A stretch of 64,000 bases of DNA from Vicugna vicugna (lineage: Eukaryota): assembly GCA_013265495.1 (NCBI GenBank), contig MU057801.1, positions 1,543,879 through 1,607,878 of the forward strand. The letters run 5' to 3'. Of this stretch, positions 38,341 to 51,195 are shown piece after piece. Position 1 is the first letter of the stretch. Each line of letters starts with the position of its first letter. The notes under the pieces were generated by a model. The model saw only the letters and a program-made list of their open reading frames with translations. It was not told the DNA's origin and searched no databases. A program made the translations under genes and the position numbers.

Positions 38341-38622
38341 TTTGTTTTTCAGTCGCAGGGGAGTTGGTTTGCGGTGTGTCAGTCTCTGGTGCGCAGCGCG
38401 GTGATGCAGTCGCGCACATGCACACATATATTCCTTCTCACACCCTTTTTCGTTATGGGCCATTACAAGACACTGACTGCAGCTCCCTGTGCTGCACAGC
38501 AGGACCTTGCTGTTTATCTCTTTTACAGACAGCAGTGCATGTCTGCAAATCCCAACCTCCCAATTCACCCTTCCCCACCCCCTTTCCCCTCTGGTCACTG
38601 CAAGTTTGTTTTCTATGTCTGA
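38341..38622 (-). mobile_element. lineage L1 3'-UTR fragment, strongly GC-shifted
   Basis: colinear with the copies at 30969 and 56414 (ccctgtgctgcacagcaggaccttgctgtttatct...aagtttgttttctatgtctg). Confidence 0.9.
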
Positions 38623-39937
38623 CACGCTGCCAGTGTTAACCGCAAACTTAGGAGCATTTTACGTGGATGGAGAATCACCAGTGCACACTCGTTGCACTCT
38701 GCAGCTCACACACACGTGTGCATTTTGTTCTTATCAAAACCAAGTCCGTTGATTTAATGGCACTTCTTCGTACGCGCACGCTCTGCTAACCCTCTGGGGG
38801 TGGCTGGTCATACAGGGAAGACGTACGAGCAGGAACACAGCAGGGTTCACGCTCACTCCAAAGCCCCTGCTGGCTCCCTGTGCAGAAGCAGCCTGCGTGC
38901 GGGGGCCGCCAGCACACCCGCGTTGAGCGCTCCTTCGCCTCCAGCCCTGCTGAGCTCCTGGCCACCCCGGTCCCCTGGAGGGCCCTCGTGCCCTCACGGC
39001 GCTGAGAACGCTCCAGGCAAACTGGGTGACATTCCGCACGGAAGGAGGACGTCCACGTGACGCACATCCCCTCTGCTCACGTGCACGCAACGTTGCCCCC
39101 ACAGGCCTCACTGCGAAACACACGTTCAAAGACAAGATTGTCAAGGCTTTCAAGATGGAGACAGCCGAGCGCTCAGCCAAGGGCAGGTCCTTCTGAGCAC
39201 GGGGCTCAGGTCTCAAGCCCAGGAGGGCGGCCCTACCCGGGGAGCTGGAGAGCTCAGCTGGCCCCTCGGAGGGGGTGGGCTCTGAATGTCCACATCGACC
39301 CCTCATCGTGGGCCAGCCCCGGGGAGGCACAGCGTCTGACAAGGCAGCCCTGGAGCATGGCGTGCAGCCACCGTGAGCTGTCAACCAGTCCATATTCCCA
39401 GGAGCTGGGGTGGGTATGGGGGCCTGGAGAGGGGACTGTGGACACCCCACCACACCGTCACTGCATCAAGGTCCGGGTGCAAAACAGCAGTGCCCTCCAT
39501 CTTGACAAGGTCTTATAAGGGATAACCAAGACAGGGTGCTTTAGCCCCGTGATTTTAATACTTTCATTACGGTATCAGCCAGGGTGGCCATTGTCTGAAC
39601 CCAGATTCTCCATTGTTTTTGCTTTTCTCCCCTGAAGCATTTGATCCCAGGGGCCCAAAAGCTCCCCCAGTAGCTCCACTGGGCGCCCACAGGTGAGCCT
39701 CATGCACGCAGCACGCACCTGTGCACGGCTGCCTCCCAGACCTGGGCTCCTCCTCATCCGCACTCTAACAGGCCCGAACTTGCTTCTGTGTCTTTGAAAT
39801 TCTTGTGTAGGAGCTGGTGGCTCAGTCTCTTGTTGAGCTAAGTCTTAAAGGTGATAAAGAAGATCTCTGGAATTTTCTGGATGTGATGAAGCACTTCAGG
39901 TGTGGGAAAAGGTCTAACTTTCTTCTGGGGGTGAAAT

Positions 39938-40160
39938 TTACTCACTCGTTAATTGAGCAAATATCTATTGAGCTAGTGTTTACCAGACAGTGTAGACCAC
40001 GGGAAGGGTCTCTGCTTCACAGCGTTTCTGGTCCAGGGAGGGAAATGGATGATCCGTAACTAAGTAAGTCACTCAAATATTAACCTGTAATTACAGTGGC
40101 AAAGCGCTAGGAAGACGGGGACCGTGACAGGCAGTGACTGGGGTGGGGCTACTTTAATAG
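39938..40160 (-). mobile_element. L2 fragment
   Basis: ttactcactcgttaattgagcaaatatctattgagc...ccagacagtgtag resembles the reverse-complement L2 3' end. Confidence 0.6.
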
Positions 40161-40692
40161 CTCCCACCTCTTGCATCACTGCATTACGGAGCGATCGCCC
40201 TCTTGGAGATAGGGAGAAAAGACTGGGCAAGCTTTTTGTACTTTTAAATTTGCACCCACCAAATCTGATTTACCGTCGGTTGAGGGCTGCTCCCACGGGG
40301 AACTCCCTGCCCATCCAAACTGCCCAGGGAGGGGCTGGGCATGTCCTGAAGCCAGAGGAGGCCCTCAGAGGAGGATGTGGGTGCTGTCAGTGGGGTGGTC
40401 GGCACTCCTGGGACCCCAGGGCCACGGGACCGTGGCTGCAGCACTGAAGGCCAGCCAACGCACATAGCATGGAGCCTGCCCTCTGAGACACACTCGATCG
40501 TGACCTTGCAGTTGGTACTTGCCAATCATGTTTCTACACACACACACCTTACTTCACAACCTATATTTAAACTGCTTTCTAGTACTTGTTGAAAATATTC
40601 TTTTCAATCCCCTGAACTGGTCCTTTCCACAATAGGTGCTCACTGGAGTGACCAAATCACTTCTTTTTTTTTTTTTTTTTTTTTTGTTTTGG

Positions 40693-40733
40693 NNNNNNNN
40701 NNNNNNNNNNNNNNNNNNNNNNNNNNNNNNNNN
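40693..40733. other. assembly gap (41 N) between poly-T tracts
   Basis: N run read directly. Confidence 0.99.
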
Positions 40734-43700
40734 TGCCCTTGATTTGACAAATCAATTTTTTTTTTTTTTTTTTTTTGGTTCTGGCTATTTTTAAAGTCAA
40801 TTTCATTGAAACATTTCCCCCATTTTTCGTACTTGACCATCACCCAGTACCTTGACCGTACTGTTTAGAAAAGATAACTGGGAAGAAAGAAGCCTAAAAA
40901 AAATGTGACATCAGCTGCTCATTTCAGGGAGCAGGACGAGGCAGAGCAAGGACAAGGCTGTCTTAACGTTTGCCGCCAAGCTTTGGTGTTAATGCTGCTT
41001 TTTAAAGGGACGTTTTCATAGGATTTAAAAAAATCTCCAAAGTAGAGACAAGGCGTGCCCATCACATGTGGGGTCCTCTTTAGAGCGATGGTCTAGAAGT
41101 AGCTGAGCGGGGCATCCCCGTCCCAAACCGTCTGGAACGTTCGTCTCACTGCGCCTTGAGCGTCCTCTTTAAGAGCGGACAGGCGAGCATAAGTGCCTTC
41201 AGAAATTTCAGAGTTTTGGCTGCATTTATTTTTTTTTAAATTCTTTTTACATAAAATCAGGATGGCTGATTCTACTTTTAGGCCTTGGTTGGCTGCCCAA
41301 ATACATCCTTCAAAATTAGACCCATTTCTTGAATATGTCTGGAGCAGCGTCAAAAAGGCATCTGAAGCCAAGGCTGGTGTGTTTTTGAAGCTTTACACAG
41401 AAGAGATCTCTAAGGGGTTCTGCTATGTGGAGGCAATATTTCTGTGGAGGAAACTTGTATCCAGGCTGCCATTTTCCATCCTGGGTTTTCTACCTGCTGT
41501 GATGTGGGACGGCCGCGATATGAAACCCTGCACGTCAGGGTTATAACACAGCTTTACTGGCCTCCGAGGGCTGGTTCTGCACAGCCATTGTTCACGGGGG
41601 CCAGATGATCTAAAGAGATCGTGGAAACCTGGCACCTCACTGCTTTTCTGGCTGACACCACCAAAGAAAATTAATTGTTATTGTTTTTGGACACTCTCAC
41701 CCAGCACGCAAAATAGTAATATCAGCAATCATTATTATTATTATTTTTTTGGCAGCGGCTGGGGAAGAGGGGGGTGAGGAACACTGTGGTTTTACTGTAG
41801 CTGCCCCAAATGGCCAGATTCGGGGCAACCAAAGGGTGTTACATTCCTCTGGCTGAGAATCTTATAAATGTGTAAAGCAAGAGGGCTGCAGTAATTTGCC
41901 TGAGGTGATGAGATGCAATGATCTAGAGCCTCCTGTCCGATTCTGCGGGGCTTGAGTTTCTGGTAACTCCTTGTCCCATGGTTGGCTTTCCTATTGGCCT
42001 GTGAGAGCACGGTGTTGGGTCAACCCAAATCCTAGCGTCCACCACGCTGCGATTCCTGCAGTGTGACGCACCCCAGTCTCACACGCCTGCGGCTGACTGC
42101 CCCATCATGGGGCTCTGCCTTCACGTGGCCAGCCATGGAATTGGGTCTCTTTTTTGCCTCAAATTTGTAGCGGTAATTCCACATCCTCCAAGAAGTCCCT
42201 TAGGGTGGCCCCTCCGTTCTTCACAGCAGCCCAGCCCCTGCCCTAGGCTTGCCTTTCAATGCTCTCTGACTTGTTTCTCTGTGTGTTTTGTCTGCTTGCT
42301 TCTTCCGTTCACTGCGTGGGCACAGCCCCAGGCCTAGTCTTCCAGCAGTGCATGCGAGGGGCTGGTGCAGGGCTTGCGGCCCAGCGGACACAAAAGAAGT
42401 TCCTGCGGACAGTGTTAGCCAGGGAGAGCGGGGCCTCTTGTCTCCCGACTCCACCCACTGGAGGCTGATGCTTCCAGAGTGGGCTTAACTCTCGTCATAA
42501 CATAAACACCAGGGCCCCTGGGAGCCGAGTCTGGGTGGATGTGTGTCATCTTTGGTTGTGATGGCCCCCGTGTTTCTGCTTCCTAACAATGCTCTGGGTT
42601 AGTTCCTTCTGGAGAATTGCCTTCTTCCGCGGTGGGGCGTCTCGGAGTGGAGGAGAATGCAGGCCACCTCCTCCCACCCTGTGGAAACCCATGGGCCCCT
42701 GAAGCCCCTTCTGCATTCTTTTCTTCCCACTGCCTTAGAACAAAGCAAGAAGCCGGCCGAGAACCTGCCCGGAGCCGAACTCCCGCTTCCGGCATGCCGC
42801 CCCTGAGGGAGGCACGGGGAACCGTGCTGGGGCTTGCTCATCGAACAATCACGGAGACGAGGGGGACCTGCTGCCCCCGCTGCCTCCGTGCCAGAGTGTC
42901 CCGGGGGCCTGTCCGGGGCTTTGTTTTGTTTCTGTTCAATTCTCTAGTCTTCCATCCAGGCTGCGAGCTACATGGTGTCCCTCCACCAAATTTGGGCTCT
43001 TCTCGTGGACTGAAATTAGACGTGACGGCCTTTTGTTATTTGCAACCAAAGATCCCCAGCGTACACTTTCCTCTATCACTGATTTGCTAAGTAACAGACA
43101 GGAGTCTCAAAACTGGCCAAGGTCCGAGGTTTCCCTTGAGAGGAGTTCACTCGGCAGAGATACCGCAGCAGCAGAGCAAGTGCGTCAGCCCCGGGCTACC
43201 TCTGTCTGAGCCCATCCGAAGCGTCTCCACTGCATTTGAGGATCCGATCCCTTTGGGGAAAAGCATTCAGTTTTTAAAAGTCAGATTCAACAATGAGTTT
43301 TTGGTCTGCCTTCCTCTTGGAGTGCAGGTCTAGACCCAAGGAAGCGTCCGATCATCAGTTGCACAGATGTGAGGAGAGAGGAGTGACAGGCTTAAACGGA
43401 AAGAGTCCAGATGCGATCGGAGCCGCCGTCTCAGGGAGAGGGGCCGCAGCGGGGCCACGAGGACTCGTGGGAGAGACCATGAAGGACTGGGAGACGTTTG
43501 GACCTGCCTCTCCTCACACAACGGGCAGACTGAAGGGATCCTCCAAGAAGCCGGAGCCCTTCCTTTCCAGGCGGGAGCCCGCGGTGGGTCTAGTCTACGG
43601 CCTTCAGAACCGCACCACGTGTCTTCGTGATCAGCCAGGGCAGAGGCCCTGCTTCCCCTCTGGTCCTCTTGGCGGAGGGCACACGAACACACTGAGGAAA

Positions 43701-44359
43701 CCACAAAGCTGCATAGCCTTTGTGACCGGAAAGGTATCTGCTCACGTAGTTTCTGAAAATCCCCTGAGTGAGAACCAGGGCTGAGGCGTCCGAGGAGACA
43801 TGGCGGGAAAGCATGGCAGCGCCTGAGGCCAGCAGGCCGGACGGGTCCCCTGGGGGACGTCAGGGGCAGTCAGCACGTGGCCGTGGACAGACCAGCCGAT
43901 GCTGGGACAAATGGCAAAGCTGCGTCACCACATCATCTCCACAGACCAGCTGGGAAAGCGCCACCCTCCTCCGATTAAGTTTGTAACTTACAGGGGAGCT
44001 AGAGGAAGGAGGAAGCTGCACCCGAAGGCCTGGCTAATTCAGTTCAAGGACTGAAATGTTTGGGTGAAAGTAAAGCCGCCACAGCGAAATCTGACACCGG
44101 GAGATCCCCTTCCCCGAGACGCACTTGTATTGCTGTCTCTCACCCGAAAACGGGACAGTTCTCAATTGATGAGTTGGCTGGGTTCCTGTTCAGATCTGGG
44201 TTTTAAAACTTCCCTCAGCAGCTCTTTTGAACAGGGGGGTGGGGGGGGGACCACGTTTTGAACTGTGCAAATAATTGACCTGAACTGAAGATAAACCGAA
44301 GACAGATCGTAGACAAATGGGGACAACGAACGTGTTGGTAAGAGTTTGAGTTGATGCTC

Positions 44360-45330
44360 TAGGAGCCCGAGCCGCGACGGCCCCACCGCGCACGGTACCC
44401 GATGGCACCCAAAGCGCGCCTTTGTCAGCACCCAGCAGCTGCTCCTGGCACTCGCGCGTCAGGGGCCGGGGGTGGAGACGGGGGGCTCGGGCGCGGTGGG
44501 TCTGAGTAACTCGCCCCTTGATAGGAGACAGCAGCGCTCTTCGGGCTCTTTGGCAGGCTCCTTGGACACAGGGGTCCCGGTTCAGAGACGGAAACTCAAG
44601 AAGCAGCATGACCGAGGAGCTGCCTGACGCAAGGAAGCAGGTCGCTTGCTGGTGTCCTGTCGGCCTCCTCGCCTCCCGCCCCGGGTGCGGGGCTGGATGC
44701 CGGCCCGGCTCGCAGGGCTGCTCAGGGGCTTGTTTCGAGCACGTCCCCCGAGCCTGTGTCCAGAGGTCTCTTCCTTCCACCGCGGAGCGCACACGCCTTC
44801 CCTTCGCTCTTTTCCCGACCCCCGTTTCCTTCCCAGGCTTCCTCGCTCTGCTCGGGGGGGTGGTCCCGGCCGGGGTGTGGACTGTCGCTTTTGCAGATGC
44901 TGGGGGAGGCCCCACCCGGCTGGATCTGAACAGTCACCGTGGAAACAGCACCTCCAGCCTATGCGCTGGGCGGCGGCCGGGCGGAGACCTGGCACAAGGA
45001 GGGTGTCGCCGGATGAGGGAGGCGGTGGCGGAGGTTCAGGGCGGGGTCGGGACCCATGGAGCGCGGGCAGCCTGCCTCTCAGAAACCCCACTGCAGCGGC
45101 GATGCGACAGCACCTGCAGGTCCCCGCTGTAAACACTCTGACGGCGGCACCGGGGCCCCTTTCGCGCTGCCGGCATTTAGCACCAGCTCAGGAAGTTCCT
45201 GACTGCTTAGCCACCGGCCCTCCCGAGCTCGCAGGAAACAGCTCCGCTGAGTCCACACCCAGGTGCTCGGGGACCCAACTTTGCTCAAAGCGCAGCACCA
45301 AGACTCTGGGGACAGTAAGGGCGCCAGATC
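44360..45330. promoter_or_regulatory. CpG island
   Basis: ~1 kb GC/CpG-rich; it produces the long overlapping chance ORFs at 44190-45338. Confidence 0.75.
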
Positions 45331-47025
45331 TAAGATGAATGAAACGTGAAAAACGAAATTCAGACTCCTACCTGCCATGGAAACGAGAGGACCGTGCCGC
45401 TTTCCAGGGTGATGGGAGAAGTCTGTGAAGCAGGGACAGATTAGGGCTAGACAGACGGGCCCAATGTCCAGGGGAGGACTGGACGGCGAAGGCTGGGTCA
45501 CCGACTGTGCACCTTGCACAGCCCTGAGCCCAGCACTTGTACTGATTGATCTGATCCCCAACCACTGACGCTGTCACCGTCACCCCCATTTTAGGAGGGA
45601 AGGGTCTGTGCTGCGGGGTGGGGGGTGACTTGGGAGCCTGGAAGTTACACCCCTCCGCCCTGCACCCCCTTCTTTGGGCTGGAGATGGCCCACCCAAGTT
45701 TCAGAAGCCAGCACTGGTCCCCCTCCAGAAGTGCCCGCTGACTGCCTCAGATGGGGGTGTGTACCCTCCACGTAGTCCCTGCTGCGTGAAGGGGCCTCGT
45801 GAAGGAAAAGGTGCGGGCCAGAGAAATAGCCCGGATGGGATCTGGCCTCTGGCTCCCTACGCTGATCTGTGGGGAGAAACCCCAGGGCTTCGTGCCGCTC
45901 TCATTCCTTTGCCTCCGTTCGGGGACATCTCAGTGTGAGTCTCCGACTAAGCACACAGGGTGAGTGGTGGGTTCGAAGCCCAGGGGAGCCGTGCCTGGCC
46001 CCCAGTTTTGCAAGTGAGTTCTCAGCAAGGCAATGCCTTTGGAGCAGCTCAGAAAACAACAGTCTGGAGGAAAGTAGATGTAGGGATGGAGCCTCGCAGA
46101 AACCAAAACCAAATGGTCAGCAATTTGAAAACAAAAACAAAACTCTAAACCCCCAACTCGAACAGCAACCCCCAGCACCATGATGTAAAATAAAATTTAA
46201 GAGCTGATCTGTTTATCGGCATGCAGATGCAATGTTTGCACCCGGCACGTCCTTCCCCTGCGGATTTCCAGTCACACACATCTGAGGAGCGCTTTGGAGA
46301 GAGAAGGTACTGCGGGTGAGCAGGCTAGTGGGATGGGCCTTTGAGGTGCACGTAAGCGGGGTGGGGACAGAGGGACAGGGTCCGCCAGGAGGAGCGGGTG
46401 TTCGGGGCGGGGAGGGAAACCCCCATGCACTTTCTCACAGGTGATCGAGTGTTCACTGGAGACACAGACTCCTATGCGCCGAGAGGCAGAAAGATGGAGC
46501 TGCTGTTCTCTGTTAATATCTGTGCAAAATGTGTGCATTGCTGAACAAACGTGGACGATCAATTTCCCAAAAAGAGCACAGAGCTGGGAGGGGAGGCTGC
46601 GGGTGTGTCTGGGGATAGATAATGGCTTGTTAACACTTTTCCTGCTATTGTCTATGTTTAACCGTCACTTTTCTGTTTTCATTGTCTCTCAGTTAGTTTT
46701 CACTCTTCAACCTATAGAACGCAACTTAAAAAAAAGCTCACCTAATGTTAATATTCAGACCAATGAAAATGAGCTTAAAAAATGATGTGGCAGAATGCAG
46801 AGGACAGGTCACTGGTTCCTAACCCTGAATTTAAACTCACCTGCTTTAAAGTGTCTTTGGCTTGGCCACTTTCAAATAACTTTCTCTGCCTGCTTTGGCC
46901 TCTCTATCGTTTCCAAAATAGCATAAAAAAGTTTTCTCATTGTATTTCAAAACGAAAAATGTTCCGTCTACATCTGGAAATACTAAAAAATGTGCTTTCT
47001 TACAGTATTTTTTTTTTTTTACTAG

Positions 47026-47079
47026 GTATGGACAAGGTTCTGACCCCTATTATTGGAACTCAAATCCAGATGGAGCTTG
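47026..47079 (+). other. candidate 54-nt internal exon of an unidentified gene
   Basis: branch-like tactaa (46981), long T tract + actag|G acceptor, donor TTG|gtaagg; phase-1 frame (G)MDKVLTPIIGTQIQMEL, phase-2 frame YGQGSDPYYWNSNPDGA also open; repeat-free AT-rich flanks. Confidence 0.6.
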
Positions 47080-47960
47080 GTAAGGTTCTAATCATACGAG
47101 GGGTATTCTTTTTTGAAGATTTGTACATCTTTAGGGGAATTTCTACTTTAAAGAAGTTATCATTTGTGGGAGGTCCGCTATGAAGATTTTAAATAGTTGG
47201 GGTGAATTTCTCTTTCTTTGAAGATGTCTGTAATTCAGTGAAAACATTTGCCAACTGAGATGGTCACATTTCCTTACTGCAAAAATCTCTCCTTCGAAAA
47301 CGGACCAGATCCCTGTTTTAGTGTGTTGGCTGTAAGCAGGCTTACAGGGTTTTTTCTTTGTTTCTTTTCTTCCCTAATGTTGGAAACACTGAAAAGAACA
47401 TTCTTGTGTTTCAGTGAAAGTAAGATTCAGCGAGGTACAGGGGAACAACCAAGACAGCCGAGTAATAAGCATGTAAGCTAATATCGTCGAGTCCAAGACT
47501 GAACAGCGATGGTCAAAGACAAGTCTGTTTCTACGTGCGGCATTTCTTTCTTGCAACTTCTTGTGTCTTCACGGAAGGCTTACTGTCTGGAGAAACGCTT
47601 CGCTAACGGCTCAAGTCAGTACAGTTTAGGAGGTGACTGACCTGTAGGGGAGCTAATGACTGCCAACAGCATCGTTTCTTCCCAGGCCGTAGCTGACAGT
47701 CCCCCTCCTTCCTGCCCCCAACAAGCGTGAAATCTGCACAAGCCCCACAGCCTGGATGGAGGCGAGGATGAGAGCAAGCTCAGCTCCAGGGATTCTCAGC
47801 CCCAAGCCACTGGCTCGCTGGTAATCGGGCCCCTCCAGGCTCTGCATTTACACCACTCCAAGGTGCCTGACCTGGTGACCTAGAACCTTGGCTCCTCTTT
47901 GATATTTTGCTACAAATGTTGGTGCTGTAACTACACATGTTACAAGAGTCCTGGAGTCTG

Positions 47961-48083
47961 TTACTCATTCAAAAATGTTCATTAAGCAGCTGCAATGTGC
48001 TAGACACAGTTCTAGGTGCTTGGACTCCACCCCAGAGAAGACAAAGCGTCTGCCCTGGGCAACCTAACTGTCAAGTGGGAGAC
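47961..48083 (-). mobile_element. L2 3'-end fragment
   Basis: ttactcattcaaaaatgttcattaagcagctgcaatgtgctagacacagttctaggtgct. Confidence 0.8.
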
Positions 48084-49169
48084 CTGAGCCCGCAGCAGGT
48101 TGGCAAACGCCCTGGGTCCCCCCCCCCTTTGCGCTTCTTCCCCTTGGCCACCCTCGACTGCAGCTGTCGCTGGGCAGACAGTCCAGGCGCGCACGCCTCC
48201 TCCACCAGGACGCATGCCCGGGAGCACTTGCAGACGTTCCGCTCTTCCCAGAGGAGGCTGCTCTCTCCGGGACAGGCCAAGGTGCCTGGCGGAGGCTGAG
48301 TTTTAGTCTTTGTTTTCTTGATAAGTGGTTATTTCCAAGCCCCTGGTGTTGGTATCTAAGGAAAGTCACCAGATGAAAGTATTCGATTCCTTTTGTTCCT
48401 GAAAGCGGTTGATTTCCAAGCTGCAAACAAACATTTTGGAGCCGGATGCTCCGTTAGTGGAGAGCTGGAGTAGCCCCAGACGGAAGGAGATGACAACATT
48501 CACACACAGTTCATTTGTTTAATCTATTTATTTTTAGTGGCGTACAGTCGATATGTTCTAGCTTCTGATGTGTGAAAGACACCACTTACAGGTGGAATCT
48601 AAAAATAAAGCACATGTTCTTTTGAAGGTTAGCTTCCTCTGTGCCGCTCTGCTGTCTGGTGAGACCCTGGAGCCCGGGGCAGTGACAGCGTTTTCTCTTG
48701 CGTATTTTGATGGTTCTGACTTAAACCGTGAACTTTAGCTTACGGATCCGTGTTGATGCGAGACCGGTTTGTTGCCTGATGGGCTGTGGCTTCAACGTTT
48801 GTTCTTTTCTGATGAAGTACTTTTCCCAGATTCAAAATATGCCGCTTCACTTTCGTGTTAACCATCCTCTGAGAGGCTGCGCGCCTCCTCCCCCGCCCTC
48901 CCCAACGCCGATCTGTCAGCGCGCGGCTGTCTGTCTGCGCGGCTCGCCCGGAAGCGCGGCCGAGGCAAGCCCTGCGGCGCCAGCTCCGCCTGGGCTTTCG
49001 AGCCACTGCCTCGCTTTCGTTAAGAGATTGAGTTATGATAGAAAAATGCACGTAACTGTGTGTGTGTTTCGACACAATTTCAGGTGGCGGTGTGACGAGC
49101 CGGAAACTATGCGTTTAAATGTACGTGTTTATGTAATTACAGCAAATCCTAATTTCCATTTTTCTGGAT

Positions 49170-50970
49170 AAATAATTGATTCATAAAACAAAATTTCACA
49201 CCAGATGAAGTGAATACCTGAATATTTTCACCAAAAAAAAGAATCACGTGACACTTGTCCTTTTGTATCTGTATTATTTCACTTCATACGTCTCTTGAAT
49301 GTTAACCCATGTTGCGCGTGTATCAGAATCTGTTTCCTTCTGAAAGCTGACTGATCCTTCGTTGTATGCACACGCCATATTTCATTTATCCATTTATCTG
49401 CTGATGGACGTTTGGGTTGTTTCCACCTTCTGGCTGTTGTGAATTACGGTGCCGTGAACACCGTTGTGCAAGCGTCTGTCTGAATTCCTGCTTTGGATCC
49501 TTTTGGGTGCACAGCTGGGAGCAGAGCTCTGGGATCGTGTTGACGCTGTGTGTAAGGTTTGAGGAAACACCGACTGAGGTCCACCGTTTGTGTCCCCATT
49601 AACCCCAGCGAGGCACAAGGATTTCTGTTTCTCCACATCTTTGCCAGCTATTTTCTTGCTATTTTCTGTCTTTTTTTTTCTTTTAATAAAAGCCACTGTA
49701 AAGGGCATGAAATTGTGTCTCACTGTGGTCTTGGTCTGCATTTCCCTAGCAGCTAGTGACGCCGATTATCAACTTGTGTGCTTATTGGCCACTTTGTGTC
49801 TTCTTTGGTGACATAGCTGCTCACGTCATTTGCCCATTTTGTTGTCCTTTTTGTTGCCTTGTATAGTTCTTTCTGTGGTCTCCCATTGTAAACCTCTGAT
49901 CAGGTGCATACTTTGCACATATTTCCTCCTGTTCTGTGGTGTTTCTCTTTCACTCTCTTGATAGTGTCTTTTGATGCGTGAAACTTTCCGATTTTGACGT
50001 AGTCCAGTTTGTCTACCTTTTCTTTTGTTGCCTGTGCTTTTTGTTTCACATCCAAGAAATCACTGCCAAGTCCAACGTCATGAGGCTCTTCTGTTTTTTT
50101 CTGAGTTTCATTGTGCTCCTTCTCGGTGTGAGGTCTCTGACCCATTTTCAGTTGATCTCTGTGTGTGGTGTCAGCTCCGGGTTCACCTTCACACTTCTGC
50201 GTGTAGACACATGTCCCATTTTCCCAGCACTGCTTTTGTTTCTGATTTTCGTAATTTGAGTCTTGCCCCCTTTTTCTTTGGTCAGTCTAGATACAAGTTT
50301 GAGCATTTTGTTGATCTTTTTTGGAGACCCAACATTTGGCGCCTTGATTTTTGCTGCTGTCCCGTTTTCTGTTCTGCTCGCCTGCGCTCCGGTTTTTATT
50401 ATTTTCTTCCTTCTGTTACTTTTCCGTTTAGTTTACTCTTCTTTTTCTAGTTTCTTAAGGTGTAAAGTGAGATTTTGACCTGAGGTCTTTTTGTTTAATG
50501 CATATGTTTGTAGCTAAAAACATCCCTGTTACCGTTGCTCTGCCGCGGCCCGGAGCCATGGGGCTGCTGTGTTTTCATTTTCATCTATCTTGAGGTATTT
50601 CCTAATGTCCACTGTGATTTCTTCTTTCCCTCGTTGGTTATTTAAAAGTATATTTTTCACTTACTTGTGAAGATTCCAGCTTTCTCTCTGTCACTAATAT
50701 CCAGCTTTCTAGTTTCATTTCATTGTGATCAGACAAGCTACTAGGTATAATAATTTCAATCCTTTAAAATTAATTAAGACTCACTTTCGTAGCCTAATGT
50801 GGGATCTGTTCTGGAGAACGTTTCATATGCATTTGAGAAAAATGCGTCTCTTGCTGGTTTGGTGTTAAATGCTCTCCATGTATCTGCTGGGTCTGTTTGA
50901 CTCATAGTGCTGTTCGAGCCCTTTGCTCTGTTGATCTTTTGTGCGTTCTATCCAATATTGGATGTAGAGT
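49170..50970 (-). mobile_element. old L1M (L1MB-like) element with an internal deletion near 50235
   Basis: ttatccatttatctgctgatggacgtttgggttgtttccacc; minus-strand MQTKTTVRHNF... and KAQATKEKVDKLDYVKIGKFHASKDTIKRVK are L1 ORF2 remnants. Confidence 0.9.
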
Positions 50971-51110
50971 CTGTGGGTTTTTGAAATATTTTAACAATTG
51001 TGTTTTTTTTTTTATTTCCAAAATCTTTAATTAATACATTTCTCATAACATCCTGGCCTTGTTTCATGGTTATAGTATCCTGTGTTAGAATTCTGAGACT
51101 ATTTTAAAAT

Positions 51111-51195
51111 ATGCATGTGTGTGCATGTGTGTGAGCATGTGTGCATGCGCGTGTGTGGTGTGTATGTGCCGTGTGCATGCCTGTGTGAGTGTGTA
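51111..51195. repeat. (TG)/(CATGTG) compound microsatellite
   Basis: read directly. Confidence 0.8.

Noticed and set aside
44190..45338. Four overlapping 180-240-aa ORFs
   Set aside because: CpG-island artefact; low-complexity translation with no domain
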